A stretch of 64,000 bases of DNA, taken from positions 41,602,001 through 41,666,000 of the forward strand of contig OX597823.1 of assembly GCA_951406725.2 (NCBI GenBank), written 5' to 3'. The notes under the pieces are model-generated. The model was not told the DNA's origin, searched no databases, and worked only from the letters and a program-made list of their open reading frames with translations. Numbering within the stretch: position 1 is the first letter of the stretch; every line of letters starts with the position of its first letter. The position numbers and the translations under genes were made by a program. This stretch comes from Octopus vulgaris. Lineage: Eukaryota. Shown here one piece after another: positions 26,345 through 39,428 of the stretch.

Positions 26345-28085
26345 ATTATTCGGCCAGAAAACGCTAAAACTATTTTGTGTTGTCTCTCATTTACTCTATG
26401 AGGGAACAATCACCAACAGACTCAAATCCTTATCACTCAGTACTAATTTTGTACAAATTTGGTACAAATTTTAAAAAGCAGTTGAACGATACTTATTAGT
26501 CTTGTTATCTGCTGTCCTCACAAGTTCAAATCTCATTTCTATGAAATGTTGTAATTTAGAGAGAATTAATTTTTAAAACAAGTAAAAGGAAACAAACTGG
26601 GAATAAAAATGTGTGAATTAAACTCTTGCATTTTGAGTTATAATCATGAAACTTGTTTTTCTTTAGTTTCGTATCATGCAGTAACAAAGCAAAAGTTACT
26701 CAGATCTAAAATCTTTTTTTGTTATCAATTTGCAGATACATAATTTGTCAAAACCCATTTTGTTCCTGCTTGTTCTGAAAAAATTTCTTTTCTTCAGTTG
26801 TTATAAGCTGTTCTTACATCAAGTCAAGTAGGAAGCATGTCCAGTGTCTTATACAATCTAAAAACTCTTCAAGCTGGGAGATTTGTCTTTTGTTCAGTTA
26901 CTGTGCGTGGAAGACCTGAAACATGGAGAATACTGCTCCATACATAGTAGAATACAATTCTTCATTGACAGTTTAATGCAATGTCTTTGCTTTAAGTTAT
27001 CCCACTGATAGGTGAGATAATTTAATGATAAGACGTTGCTATATGGACAATACTCCATTCATTTCATACAAATAATCCACATTTATCAAAGGCTTACACA
27101 ATTCAACAACCATACAAATAATAATATTGTAGAACAAGCTCTCAGAATGACTATTTTCAAATCATGAAACATTTTTACACAAGGAGACTATTTTAATGCT
27201 CATAGTTATATCATACTTCTAACTAAAATGTGGGTAGGATCATCTGATAGGATATTTGATATCTATATCAAATACATTAAGTATTCTTTGTGTTTAAGGA
27301 GGACTTACAAATACTTAAGTGCAACAGAATATGACTGCCTCAAATGAAACTTTCTGTTAAGGCAGCATTGAATATATCTTAGAACAAGTTAATCTCTTTG
27401 CAAAAAGCATTAGCCTACAGATTTATGGCAGCTATCTATTATATATGTGAAGATGCGTGAGTTTAAGTTTTGGGCCCAGGATCGTAAGGTTTTGACTTTG
27501 ATTCTCAGACTGGAGATAGAACTCATTATGTCCTTGAGCAATATGCTTCATTTCAACTTACTTGAGTCAAATCAGCTAAAAATAAGTACTGCCCCATTAT
27601 TGGTGCATCTCTCTCACCCTCCTGTAGTCACATCCTCAATCTTCTTCTGTGCTAAAGGTGACAGGGTCAAGAGACTTCATTGGCACTTACAGCAATTAGC
27701 AAACGCATGGTGCATGGTACCTAGTCATACTCACTCTATAGCATCCTGGTATACTTTACGATGTTAACAGTTAGTCAAGTATATACCTGAGTTGATTACA
27801 ATATATTTTGTGGAAGAGTTAAACCATCACCAGCCCTCAGTCTGGTTGCTTCATTTGGGATGAAGGAAAATGATTGGTGGAAACACAAACATAAATAAAT
27901 GGTAGGTGTAATATTCTAAGAATTTGTATGTTACAAGAGTATTTAGCCTAGGGGTTAATGTGTTCAATTTATCGTCAAATGGTTGTGGGTTCAATTCCCT
28001 GACAAGACAGTATGTTGTATGTTTAAATAAGACAGTTCATTTCAACTTGCTCCAGTCTACTCAGCTGTGAAGAGTACCAGCCAGG

Positions 28086-28120
<35 letters not shown>

Positions 28121-28195
28121 AGATGACACATTCTTGATAACTTGGTGAGTCAAAGCTGAGGATTCAAGAGGATGTCTATATATTTGCTCATGGCT

Positions 28196-28233
<38 letters not shown>

Positions 28234-28435
28234 ATGTCCATGTCCTATGCTGGCATGGGTTGGCTGGTTTGACAAACTCCAATGGACCCAAGGGCTGCAT
28301 CATTATCCAGCGTCTGCTTTGGCATGGTTTCTATGGTTGGATGCCCTTTCTAATGCCAACCACTTTTCAATTTGTACCAGGTCCTTTATTGAAGCCACCA
28401 GTATTAGTGAGGTCCCAATGCAGTGTGCAAGACTT
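28196..28435 (-). mobile_element. Family D repeat with (CAT)n tail
   Basis: GGATGCCCTTTCTAATGCCAACCAC. Confidence 0.8.
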
Positions 28436-28744
28436 ATGAACACTGAAAGAGTAGTTTTATGTTTGGAGATGAATGGTTAAAAAGTATGAGAAAAGGGGCC
28501 AGAGAAGAACAAGTTTCTTGATTTAGAAGAGTAATGTGACTACTCATATTCTAGAAGAAAGGGTGGAAGTGATGAGGTGGAGCTCAAGGATGAAGGCAGT
28601 TAGAAGTGAGTGGGACAGAGAGAACATGAGTGTGGGTTGGTGAAGATTGCATGAGAGTATAGAAGAGAGAAATATGGGGATTGGGAGAGGGGGAGGTGGT
28701 AAGTGATCCTGTGTAAAGATTAAGTATGGTTGACAGGTGGATGT

Positions 28745-29245
28745 CATCATTGTAGTGTCATCATTGTAAGGTCTAATGTCCACTCTTTCATACATGTGTG
28801 GCCAAATGAAATTAAATGGAGCAGATTTTCTATATGGTTGGATGCCTTTCCTGTCTCCAATCCTCACCTGTTTGCAAGCAAGGTAATAGTTCTCATAAAC
28901 CTTTGAACATGAACAGCACAATATCTAGACATGGCTTCAGGGATCACTGCAAATAAATACACTGCTTATATGATGGTGATGTTTGTTTACAATAAGTATG
29001 ACATACAATGGCAGAGAGAGATCTATTCATGCCCATACACATGTATACAAACGCTACCATGCACACACTCACATACACATATATGACAGGCTTCATTCAG
29101 TTTCCATTTATGAAACTGCTTGCAAGGTTTTGCTAGCTTTAGCAGAAAACACTATCCTAACCCACAAAGGTGCTATGTAGTGGGGCTAAAACCTAAAGCC
29201 ATGTGGTTGCAGGTGAAGTTCTTAAACTCATAGCTATAGCTGCAC
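28745..29245 (-). mobile_element. SINE family A2
   Basis: Reverse complement of 23250-23680. Confidence 0.7.
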
Positions 29246-30321
29246 ATTCTAGAAGGACATAATGCTTGAAAACAAAAATGAGATGGGACAAATATTGTTG
29301 AGGTGTTTTTGATTATAATCTTCGTTCAGGTATAACCACACTTTCATTAAGAAGGTGTACATCACTGGTAATAGAATACTCATCTGACTCATCTATGGGT
29401 CTCAACACTATTGCAACAGACACAACAACAGCAACTGCTATTTCAGGCACATCTATTACCATAGCTACAATGGCTCTATGTCATAGAAACTAACTTTCAG
29501 TGAAAGAACAGCAGCAACAACAACAACCAAAAAATGATTTACCTTGAGGAGTATTTGCATTCTTTTAGATCTGAGATTACAATCATTTTAATGTTTTTCT
29601 TACATCAAAGACACTTTTTCAGGAAACATTTCTTTTCATTTTCTAATTAGAATTAAAAAAAAAAAAACAGGTTTTTTTCTTTTATAATTTTGTCAGTTTT
29701 TATTAAGTTTATAAAATATATGGGTGATAGAAAAATAAAATTGTTAAAGAAAATACTTGAGTAGAATATCTTAGGAGATCATTGATAAGATAAGTTTAGT
29801 TAATTTGAGCATTCCATTTTTCATTTGGGAGTAATATGAACTGAGCTGAATCAACAATTGGTTACAGCAATATTATTCATACATGTATCTAACACCCTGC
29901 AGAAAGTTATCGCCACCACACAGTATAATTTCCTCATTTCCTCACATCTATAGATTTAACACAATGTGTCTGAGAAAAATATGCTTTTAATTCATGTTTA
30001 ACTGATGTTGGCATTTGGAATTTGCATAGTTATCATACCTTTCATTTGATTCCATTTCTAGTTTTACTAATTTTTATCTGGTGAGACCTAACCTACATTT
30101 GATTGATAGTGTAACACCAGAGAACGGATATGTGTATTAGCTATGTACTTGAGATAGAAATTAAGGGAATGTTGCAGGCCCCAGTTGTGTGTCAGATGTA
30201 TTTAATGAGAAAAAAGCCCCAGATAAACATTGCATTTTATACGGAATATCTTTGTCTATGTGTATAAATGTGTGTTGAGTGTACATTACACATATGTGTG
30301 TATATATATATAAAATATACA

Positions 30322-30477
30322 TGTCCCTGTTACTTAGCGATTCGGCAAAAGAGACCGATAGAATAAGTACTGGACTAACAAAAAGAATAAGTCCCGGGGT
30401 CGAGTTGCTCGATTAAAGGCGGTGCTCCTGCATGGCCGCAGTCAAATGACTGAAACAAGTAAAAGAGAGTAAAGAGA
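30322..30477 (+). mobile_element. SINE family A tail only, young copy
   Basis: CpG-rich GGCAAAAGAGACCGATAGAATAAGTAC...GGCCGCAGTCAAATGACTGAAAC. Confidence 0.85.
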
Positions 30478-30959
30478 TATATATGTATATGTATATATGA
30501 ATATACATATGTATATGTATATATGAGTACCTCAATCAATCAGCCCCTTCCTCACATTATCCTCTTTCCACTGATACAATTTTTCTCTCTTGTTATGCAG
30601 AACCATCTCACTTGTTAGCCATTCTTCATCCATTAATATTGTTCTCTGTAACCGTATGTTACAGTAACCATGTTCATCCCTCCCCACCACCACCATTTTG
30701 GCCACCGAACTATCTCTCTCCACGCACTATGCCTGTCTATCACACTATGTCACTCCTGAAGCTTACCCAAATATGTCGTCCCTTTTCTCCTGTCAATGCT
30801 ATTATTATAACTATCTTACTTCTAGTATCCCTCTAGTGTCTCCAAATAATACAACCCCTCCCTTTAACCCTTAAGTCTTCCCAATCCTTACTGTACCAAC
30901 CGAACATCTCATCACTGCTATCTATCTCTTTGGAGATACCACCAATTCATTCACACTCA

Positions 30960-31265
30960 CTTCCCTAAATGTGAGCAGCCACATAACTCCTCTACAACAC
31001 GAACCTGCTTTATCCCAACTTCTTCCTTCATAGCTTAACATCCCTTTCTTGGGTTTAAGGACTTGCAAGCTACATGGTAACCTCAGTAGTGTTGGTGCAT
31101 GTAAAAAATACCTGGTACACACTGTAAAGTGGTTGATATTGGGCGGGGCATCCAATTCGAGAAACCATGTCAAAGCAGACAGTAGAGTTCGGTGCAGTTT
31201 TCTGATTTGCCAGTTCCTATCAAACCAGAGCATGAAAGGAAGACCTTAAGGGATGATGATGATCA
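30960..31265 (+). mobile_element. Family D repeat with 5' extension
   Basis: CACACTGTAAAGTGGTTG...GGCATCC...GATGATGAT. Confidence 0.65.
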
Positions 31266-31384
31266 TGTGTATGAATCCCTGTCTTCACATCATGAGATGA
31301 TTGTAAATGAGCCTCACTGTCATAGATACAAAGTTGTTCACTTCCATGAAAAACATATCTGACCATAGTAAAATATTGTTTTAA

Positions 31385-31592
31385 ATTTTGGTACAAGGCC
31401 AACAAGATCAGGGGAAGGGATCAGTCGATTATATCAATCCCAGTGCTCAACTAGTACTTATTTTATTGACCCCCAAAAGGATAAAAGGCAAAAATCAGCC
31501 TCAGTGGAATTTGAACTCAGATCCTCAAGCTGGACGAAATTCTGCCATGCATTTATTTGCCTGGCATGCAAACAATACTGCCAGCTTGTCAC
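31385..31592 (-). mobile_element. SINE family B (tRNA head; GCCTTTCATCCTTTCGGGGTCGATAAA-type central domain)
   Basis: Plus strand GGATAAAAGGCAAA...GGAATTTGAACTCAG. Confidence 0.75.
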
Positions 31593-32429
31593 CTTTGACC
31601 ATGGAAAACAAGATGAGGGTTGGTAACAAGAAAGGCATACTTTCAGCAAATTCCATCTAATCCATGCAAACACAGAAAAATGGACATTAAACAGAGATGA
31701 TGATTCAAAAGACAATGTATATCTAAGAGAAGTAAAATGTAAGAGATAAAGAGGGAGAAAGAGAGAGATGGAGGCCGGTAAGTGATTTTGAGAATCTAAG
31801 TAAAGATGAGGAAGTAGTGTTGTTGTTTATTATCATGGTGTTTAAGTGTGTAAAGCTGGTTATATTTCCTTTATATTTTACACCATATTTTCATCAAGGA
31901 TTACTAATATCCACTCTGATTAATATCTGCTCTAATACTGACTGCTATATGATAACCATAGTATAGATTTAACACTATAACTACTCACATACAAATACAC
32001 ACACACACACACACACACACAGACATCACATATACACATGAATACATGCACAGTTTATTTATGTTTGCTGTGCAACATTTTCAGTTTTCTTTCAGCTATA
32101 TTTAGGAATATTGATTTTTTTTTGAGTTTTATTAATAGTGAAAGATCCTCCCTGGTTTTTCGAATTAGTTTTACTTGGAATTGTTTGGAGTCACACTTCT
32201 TTTTCGCTTTATCTTTTGTTTATTTTCTTTTTAATCCTCAAGAAATTGGGAAAATCTGTAAAATTATGACGAACCATATCTTCATCATCATCCACGTCAT
32301 AATTATTGTTGTTGTTGTTATTGTTGATGTTGTTGTTGTTGTTGTTCTTCTTCTTCTCCTTGTTCGATATATTATAAATTCATGAAGTACATAGTTTATA
32401 TCAGTTGTGTGTGTTCGATTTTTGCATTT

Positions 32430-32464
<35 letters not shown>

Positions 32465-32543
32465 ATGTATATATATTTATATATATGTGTATGTATCCAT
32501 ATATATATATGTATGTATATATATATGTGTGTGTATGCATGTG

Positions 32544-32611
<68 letters not shown>

Positions 32612-32890
32612 TATGTATGTATGCACATATATGTGTGTGTGTGTATTGATTGATTGAATTTTTTTCATAATTTTTTTCTTTTCTTTTTGATTTTTCATAA
32701 TATTTTCTTTCCATTTGTACGAAATATATTAAGCTGAGGAAGTCTTATATTTGTTAATTATGTGTGATCAATTTTTATTTTTATCCCTTCTCTTGTTTTC
32801 TAAAACATCTTTTGTTCCAATAATGTTATGTTCAGCATTTTTTCTTCATGGATCTCTTTATAAATCCTATATTTGTATTTACTGCATAAG

Positions 32891-33057
32891 CACAGGAATG
32901 ACTGCATGGTTAAAAAGTTTGCTTCCCAACCACTTGGTTTCAGGTTCAGTCCCCACCATATGACACCATAGACAAGTATCTTGTGCTTTATAGCCTTGGG
33001 CTGACCAAAACCTTGGGAATAGATTTGGTCAGTAGAAACTGAAAGAACAGCGTTGTA
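32891..33057 (+). mobile_element. SINE family A head
   Basis: TTTGCTTCCCAACCAC...GGTTCAGTCCC. Confidence 0.75.
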
Positions 33058-33509
33058 TGAATGTATGTTTCTTCTATTTTAATCATTTAAATTCTTCCTC
33101 TGAAGAAGGAACTGGTTTCTAACAAAAGTACAAAGCTCCATCTTTGGAATGAAAATAATGTCACATTTTCACCCGGAAAAAAGTCTTGCAAAATTCTTTC
33201 CAGTTCTAATCCATTTTTTTGCTTCGATTTTGTTTTTAATTTATTCAGATGTATCTTCAAAGTGAGTTTAATATTATTTAATGGAAGAGTGTAGCTGATT
33301 GTTATATCTTGTAGATACTTTCTTGTAGATACTATAGGAGAGATATCCAGAAGAAATTTTTGTTGTTTAGCCCCTAGTTGATCTAAATCTAGCAGACTTA
33401 TAATCAAAGCTCTTCCAACCATAGCCATCATATATTTTTTTTTTTGCATACCTAGGGCTACATTATTGAATTTTTCATTGCCATTTGAAAACAGTGGAGT
33501 GTGACTTGA

Positions 33510-33830
33510 ATGTTCTCAACTGCATTCTTTTCTATGAAGCCAAGATCTGGACTATGTGGAAGGAGCTTCAAGATGGCCTTGATGATTGCATATACATCAG
33601 GCTTCTTATGAAGGCTCAAAACTTCATGAAGCATAAGCATATGACTAATGAGGAAATTTATGGATATTTTCTGACCATTTGTAGAATTATTGCTCAAATC
33701 AACGACAGCTTTACTGGCCACTGCTTTCATGCTGAATAACTGGCCATATTAAATATGATATTTTAGAGACTTATACACCCAAGGAGAGGATGAAGACTAC
33801 TCAACTACAATCTCGTTATTGGCAGAGACA
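33510..33830 (+). pseudogene. RTE/RTEX-like LINE C-terminal remnant
   Basis: ILFYEAKIWTMWKELQDGLDD..IRLLMKAQN...HMTNEEIYG...FTGHCFHAE resembles ILLYGSETWT...LDGTYTRLLMRAQN..TNKELYG..FAGHC. Confidence 0.7.
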
Positions 33831-34183
33831 CATCAGTCACATGAAGAGGAGGAGGAGGAGGGGTGAAAGAAGATAAAGAAGACAATGCAAACAAGAAGAG
33901 TGTGATTCTAAAGGGATTTAGCTACTATTATTTACTAGTATTATTATTGGCTACTATTATTTATTATCTACATGACTATGTAGAGGTTTCTTTATTTGTA
34001 ATGATTGGTTGTTTGAATGAACAGATTTTTTGGTGGAATCAAAGTATACAAATGAATAATAATAGGATTAAATAATGTCCTTGAGAAATCTCTGTGTATG
34101 GTGATAGGACTGGTTTTGGTTTAGACCTTTTTGTTTCCTCCTATACACACCTTACATTTAAATGTAGCTTCTACATTAATTAA

Positions 34184-34614
34184 CCCTTCAGCATTCAAAC
34201 CAGCCATACCTGGCCAAAATATTCTACATGTTTTATGCTCAAACTGGCCAGATCTTGCCTCTCATATCTACCCCATAATGTCATTGTAAAAATAAACAAT
34301 CACAAAATTAATCCTTTAGTATTCAGATTAATTCATCAAATGTAAAGCTTATTTATTAACATTTATAAAAACTAATCATATAGTATCTTGTAGCTTCAAG
34401 ATTTTGAAGATGTATTAAGAATAACACTGTGGAGAAGGTGTGAGAGGCTGGGTCTGGTCAGTTGCAATGTAAAGTAAGAATATTTGGGCCAGGTGTGGGT
34501 CGTTTAAATGCTAAAGGGTTAACATCTCCAAGCTACAAGATAATGCATGATTAATTCAAAACAATGTGAAAAAATAAGCCTTACATTTGACCAAGAAACA
34601 TGAATGCTAAAGGG
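34184..34614 (+). mobile_element. piggyBac-type MITE (outer copy)
   Basis: TTAA|CCCTTCAGCATTCA ... TGAATGCTAAAGGG|TTGA terminal inverted repeats. Confidence 0.75.
34312..34518 (-). mobile_element. Same-family MITE nested in reverse orientation
   Basis: TTAA|TCCTTTAGTATT ... AATGCTAAAGGG|TTAA; body is the reverse complement of the outer copy. Confidence 0.75.
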
Positions 34615-35007
34615 TTGATAACTTGCACATGCCACAACATTCTCTATGAACCCACTCCAACTAGTGGACATTTTACATTTAACTGGGTCGACACACTGCC
34701 AGTTCGCTATTCTTTTCACCTTACTACATTTTATCATTATTCACCTTGTTTGTTTTTGTAATACCTTCATGCTGTTAGGTTCCCTACATTCCTCCCACCT
34801 GTTTATCTCCTCTTTCTTTTCAGTTACACTCTTTGTTGTTAATAACAGATCATCTCCATACAGTAACTCTCATATTAAACTACAATTTATACTTTCAGTG
34901 AAAAACTAAGTTCACATTTACAAATACTAGAAGTCTTGATATTGGTTTCTGCTGCACTCTTACTGTCTCTTCAATCTGTTCTTTCCATCGTAATATATCA
35001 GTCTCAG

Positions 35008-35430
35008 GGTGATGCCTGGCAAAATCTGTAGAGGGCTAAATGAAATGTACAGTAACATTTTGTTGTGTCCTTGACATTCTAAGTTCAAATTCTGCCAAGG
35101 TCATCATTTCATTTTCATTATTCTAGTGTCAATTAAATATGTACCAATCAAATAATGGAGCCATATAATCAATAGCTACCCACCTTACCTTAATTTCTGA
35201 CTTCATGCAAATATTATAAATCATTATATTTTTATTGATATTTTAATTATTAGAGCAATGACTGGCAGAATTGGTAGACTATTGAACAAAATTCAAGATG
35301 TTTTTCTCTTTTTGGTTATGTTCTTAGCTTTGAAACTTACCAAAGTTAACTTTGCCTTTTCTCTTGCAAACTGATAGAATTAGGCACCCTTCTTCCACAA
35401 TTTATAGCTTCATTCCAAAGTCAGAAATAT
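35008..35430 (+). mobile_element. Two degenerate SINE family B copies in tandem
   Basis: CTGGCAAAATC...AAGTTCAAATTCTGCCAAGGTC and CTGGCAGAATTG...TTTGCCTTTT. Confidence 0.55.
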
Positions 35431-35490
35431 TACAACTAATAATAACAACAACAACAACAACAACAGCAGCAGTAGCAGCAGCAATGATAG

Positions 35491-35538
<48 letters not shown>

Positions 35539-35621
35539 GAACAGCACATCCTTCTAGGGTCGATAAAATAATAAAAACTGCAATAATAAAATTTAAAACA
35601 GCAAAATAATACTAATAATGA

Positions 35622-35828
35622 TGGTTTCAAATTCTGGCAAAAGGTTAGTAGTTTTACTGGAGAGGATAGGCTGATTACAGTGACCTCCAGGACTCAACTG
35701 GTACTTATTTAATTGTAGGATGACAGGCAAAGTCAACCTCAGTGGAATTTGAACTCAGAATATAAAGATGGGTGAAATCCCTTAAGGATTTTGCTCAATG
35801 TGATAATGATTCTGCCATCTTGCCACCT
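35622..35828 (-). mobile_element. SINE family B
   Basis: GGCAAAGTCAACCTCAGTGGAATTTGAACTCAGAA. Confidence 0.75.
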
Positions 35829-35934
35829 AAAATAGTAATCATCAACATCATCATCATTTAAAGTCCATTGTCCATGCTGGCATGGGTTGAACGGTTTGAC
35901 CAGAGTTGGTATGTTTCCAGAATCATTAAATTGC

Positions 35935-36490
35935 AAGTGCACTTTCATCCATTTCTCTCCTATAACCTCACGACTTTCTCTCGCACACTGTCTTGCAATC
36001 TGAAACACTTCAGTTTTTTGGTACTCACGTCACTGAACATAGGCAAACTTCTTCTTTTCTGCTTCTCCCTTGGTTAGATATACCTGTCTCCTAGTTTCCC
36101 TTCAGGCTATCTGATATAGTTCCCTGCTACCCTCCACTCGTTCAGGACTTCCAGGCCTGTTTCTTTGCTCTAATGGACCTCTCTACCACATCATTCCACC
36201 ACCACATTACCTTAAGTCTGGATGGGAATTTGCACCAGCTGTATATTTGGTATGTGGCATTCAGCAGGAATTCCCAGTTGCCCTCTATGTCACAAGTGTG
36301 TAGCTCCTCCTCCCTCTCATCAAATTTCTCAATTAGGATGTCCCTAAATCTCTAACCATATGAAGGGTCTTTAAGCTTCCAAATTTTTCTTTTCCAAATT
36401 GGTCTGCTTCTTAGTGTCCTGGCTTGGAGTCTAAAATCACTAATGACTAGTCTATGCTGCTGGGTACATTCTTCTGCTGGGTAAATCCTT
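35935..36490 (-). pseudogene. RTE LINE remnant: end of APE endonuclease plus tether domain
   Basis: YPAEECTQQHRLVISDFRLQ...KRKIWKLKDP, then VMWWWNDVVERSIRAKKQAWK...FQIARQCARE. Confidence 0.75.
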
Positions 36491-36494
36491 TCTA

Positions 36495-37003
36495 CTAAAG
36501 GCACAAGGCCTGAAATTTTGGGGAAGGGGACTAGTAAATTACATCGATCCCAGTGTTTCACTGGTACTTATTTTATCAACCCTGAAAGGATGAAAGGCAA
36601 AGTTGACCACAGTAGAATTTGAACTCATAACGTAGCAATGGGCAAAATACTGCTCAGCAGTGTGCTAATGATTCTACCAGCTTGCAGAATAACAGCAACA
36701 ACAACATGACAACAATAATGATAACAATAATAGCAATAAATAACAGCAATAATAATAACAGTAATAACAATAAATAACAACACTAATAATTATCAGAAGA
36801 GAAAGCAAATGGTCAGCAATTTTAGAGGGAGACAGTTCATTACATTGATGGCAGTGCTCAATTGATGCTTGTTTTATTTGCCCTGAAAGGATGAAAGGCA
36901 AAGTTGACTGCAATAGGGTTTGAACTCTGTATTTAAGATGCTGGAAGAAATACCACTAAGCATTTTGCCTAACATGGTAACAATTGTGCAAGTTTACTGC
37001 CTC
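36495..37003 (-). mobile_element. Two SINE family B copies (36495-36685, 36805-37003)
   Basis: CCCTGAAAGGATGAAAGGCAAAGTTGAC in both. Confidence 0.8.
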
Positions 37004-37149
37004 AATGATGATTATGGTGATGTTGATGATGATAATTAAATAAAATTATTATCATTGTTGTTGTTGTTGTTGTTTTCTGTAGTTTGTATATTCAATGTAG
37101 GTGCCAACACTGTAATATACATTGGTTACTCTAAGTGATACAAACATCT

Positions 37150-37880
37150 ATATTGTGATCATGCTTGATTGCATCTGTAGTTATCTGAGGTAGAATGGAA
37201 GCTTTCCTGACAATGTAGAAAGCTCAAAATTTGGAATTATAAATGGTTAGCAATAACAAGAATTCTCTATAGGCAGTATCCTGTTTCCAAGTATAGTATC
37301 ACCAATTACAAAGCAATCATTTGTCTTCTTTGTTCACAGTTATAATAACATCAAGTTTTCGTTGTTCTATGATTTGGTTTGTTCCAATGTTAAGTCGGAT
37401 TTCTTGCTTACTCGTTTGCTGGGAACTTTTCATTTACATTGTTCATACTACTTTGCAGATACTTAAAATTCATACATTTGGTGCAGATTCTAATAGAGAT
37501 TGTGACTCGGTTTGTAATAATACAACTTTTGTAATCTTTCAGGCTTAACATTTTTCAACCACGAATTCTGCTTCATGTTCCATCTTCTCCCCATTCCCCA
37601 TTTGTGATATATTATAGTTAACTAGCTCATAGATGTAATGTCTCTTCTAACACAATTTCTTTTGAATGTGTGATCAACATTAGTTGACTAACAGTTCCTC
37701 ATTTTAGCTCCTCTTTGCATAACCAATTCAAGGATTTCTGTCATAAGCTTGCTTGTATCTTTCTCAAACTGAGCATGAAATAGCATATTTTTCTTTCATC
37801 CTAAATTGCCGTCTTTCTAATCGTGCTTTCTATTTTGCCTTCTCATCTGATTTTCTCCTTATCTAACTTGGCAGCAGATG
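37150..37880 (-). pseudogene. R4/Dong-like LINE remnant with restriction-like endonuclease
   Basis: NIGTNQIIEQRKLDVIITVNKEDK resembles IQTD..I..RRPDI.V.K; upstream FHAQFEKD and WLCKEELK resemble LHGQF and WL.KG.LK; many stops. Confidence 0.5.
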
Positions 37881-37933
37881 CTATTATGCTACGGTTACAA
37901 ATTTTCATTATTTTTAAGATACAGTTCGCAGTT

Positions 37934-37971
<38 letters not shown>

Positions 37972-38022
37972 GAGTGTGTGAGTTAACCCATAGCAGCATG
38001 GAAAGCAGACATTAAATGATGA

Positions 38023-38024
<2 letters not shown>

Positions 38025-38070
<46 letters not shown>

Positions 38071-38378
38071 TATACATATATATGTATACATATATATGTA
38101 TATATAAATGTATACATATATGTATATGTATACATATATATATGTATATATATATATGCGTATATATATATACATATATACATGTATATATATATACATA
38201 TATACGCATATATATATATACATATATATATATACATGTATATATGTATATATATATATATGTATATATGTGCATATGTATATATGTGTATATGTATATA
38301 TGTGTATATATATATTTATGTATGTATATATATATTTATGTATGTATATATATGTATATATGTATATATGTATATATG

Positions 38379-38413
<35 letters not shown>

Positions 38414-38463
38414 GCATATATATACATATATGTATATATATATATATATATATATACATATAT
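38025..38463. repeat. Compound (TA)n/(TATG)n microsatellite field
   Basis: Direct observation. Confidence 0.95.
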
Positions 38464-38594
38464 GGTAGACCCAGGAAGATATGGGATGAGGTAGTCAAGT
38501 ATGACCCCCAAATATTGGGCCTCCCAGAGGTTACGACAAAAGACCGAAACCTCTGGAGATATGCTTTGACGGCGAAGACCCGACAAATGAAGTG
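38464..38594 (+). pseudogene. RTE LINE ORF C-terminus
   Basis: [35 protein letters not shown]...*. Confidence 0.8.
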
Positions 38595-38698
38595 AGTTCA
38601 TGGCTCGCAGGACAGCCTGCTGTGCTAACCTTGGATCATAGGGTGATCTGCTGTTCTTGAGGAGAAGGCTGACAGGAAGCATTGATGCTTCCTAGGGC

Positions 38699-39124
38699 TA
38701 AATAGCAGTGATATGATTCTCTTCATGGGACTGTCACATTAAGTTGACAGTATACAACTACTCTACCATACCACTACTGCTTATATCTCTCTGAGATATT
38801 TAGAAATGTAATATTTCTATTTTTGTAATCAGTGGATTTATTTCACTAGAATTCTTATATGTTTACAAAGGATAGACAGGCATCTTCAACTAGCAGGCCA
38901 TGCTACTCCAGACTGATGATGAGTAAAGACACAGAAACTAGTCTCTGGGTGCAGGCTTAGCTGGGTGGAGGTGCTTGTCTCCCCCTTGTAAACATAAGGA
39001 CACAGGAAATAGCAATGGTGTGATTCCTTTCTTGGGACTGTCACATTAAGTTGACAGTATACAACTACTCTATCATACCGCTACTGCTTATATCTCTCTG
39101 AGATATTTAGAAATGTAATATTTT
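38699..39124 (+). mobile_element. Retrozyme-like or PLE pLTR-like partial tandem repeat (307-bp period, ~1.4 units)
   Basis: GGGACTGTCACATTAAGTTGACAGTATACAACTACTCTA at 38727 and 39034; ~120-bp direct repeat flanking a hammerhead. Confidence 0.7.
38908..38948 (+). ncRNA. Minimal type I hammerhead ribozyme
   Basis: ccaga CTGATGA tgagt-aaag-acaca GAAA ctag TC tctgg: stem I ccaga/tctgg, stem II 4 bp plus one mismatch, palindromic stem III ACTAGT, GUC cleavage after 38943. Confidence 0.75.
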
Positions 39125-39130
39125 TACATT

Positions 39131-39161
<31 letters not shown>

Positions 39162-39166
39162 ATATT

Positions 39167-39428
39167 GTGCTGATGGCACGTAAAAGCACCATCCAACCGT
39201 GGCCGTTTGCCAGCACCGTCTGGCACCTGTGCCTGTGGCATGCAAAAAGCACCCACTACACTCACGGAGTGGTTGGCGTTAGGAAGGGCATCCAGCCGTA
39301 GAAACATTGCCAGATCAGACTGGGCCTGGAGCAGCCTTTTGGCTTCCCAGACCCCAGTTGAACCGTCAAACCCATGCTAGCATGGAAAGCGGATGCTAAA
39401 TGATGATGATGGTGATGATGATGATGAT
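39167..39428 (+). mobile_element. Family D repeat, young
   Basis: GGTTGGCGTTAGGAAGGGCATCCAGC...(GAT)n. Confidence 0.88.
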
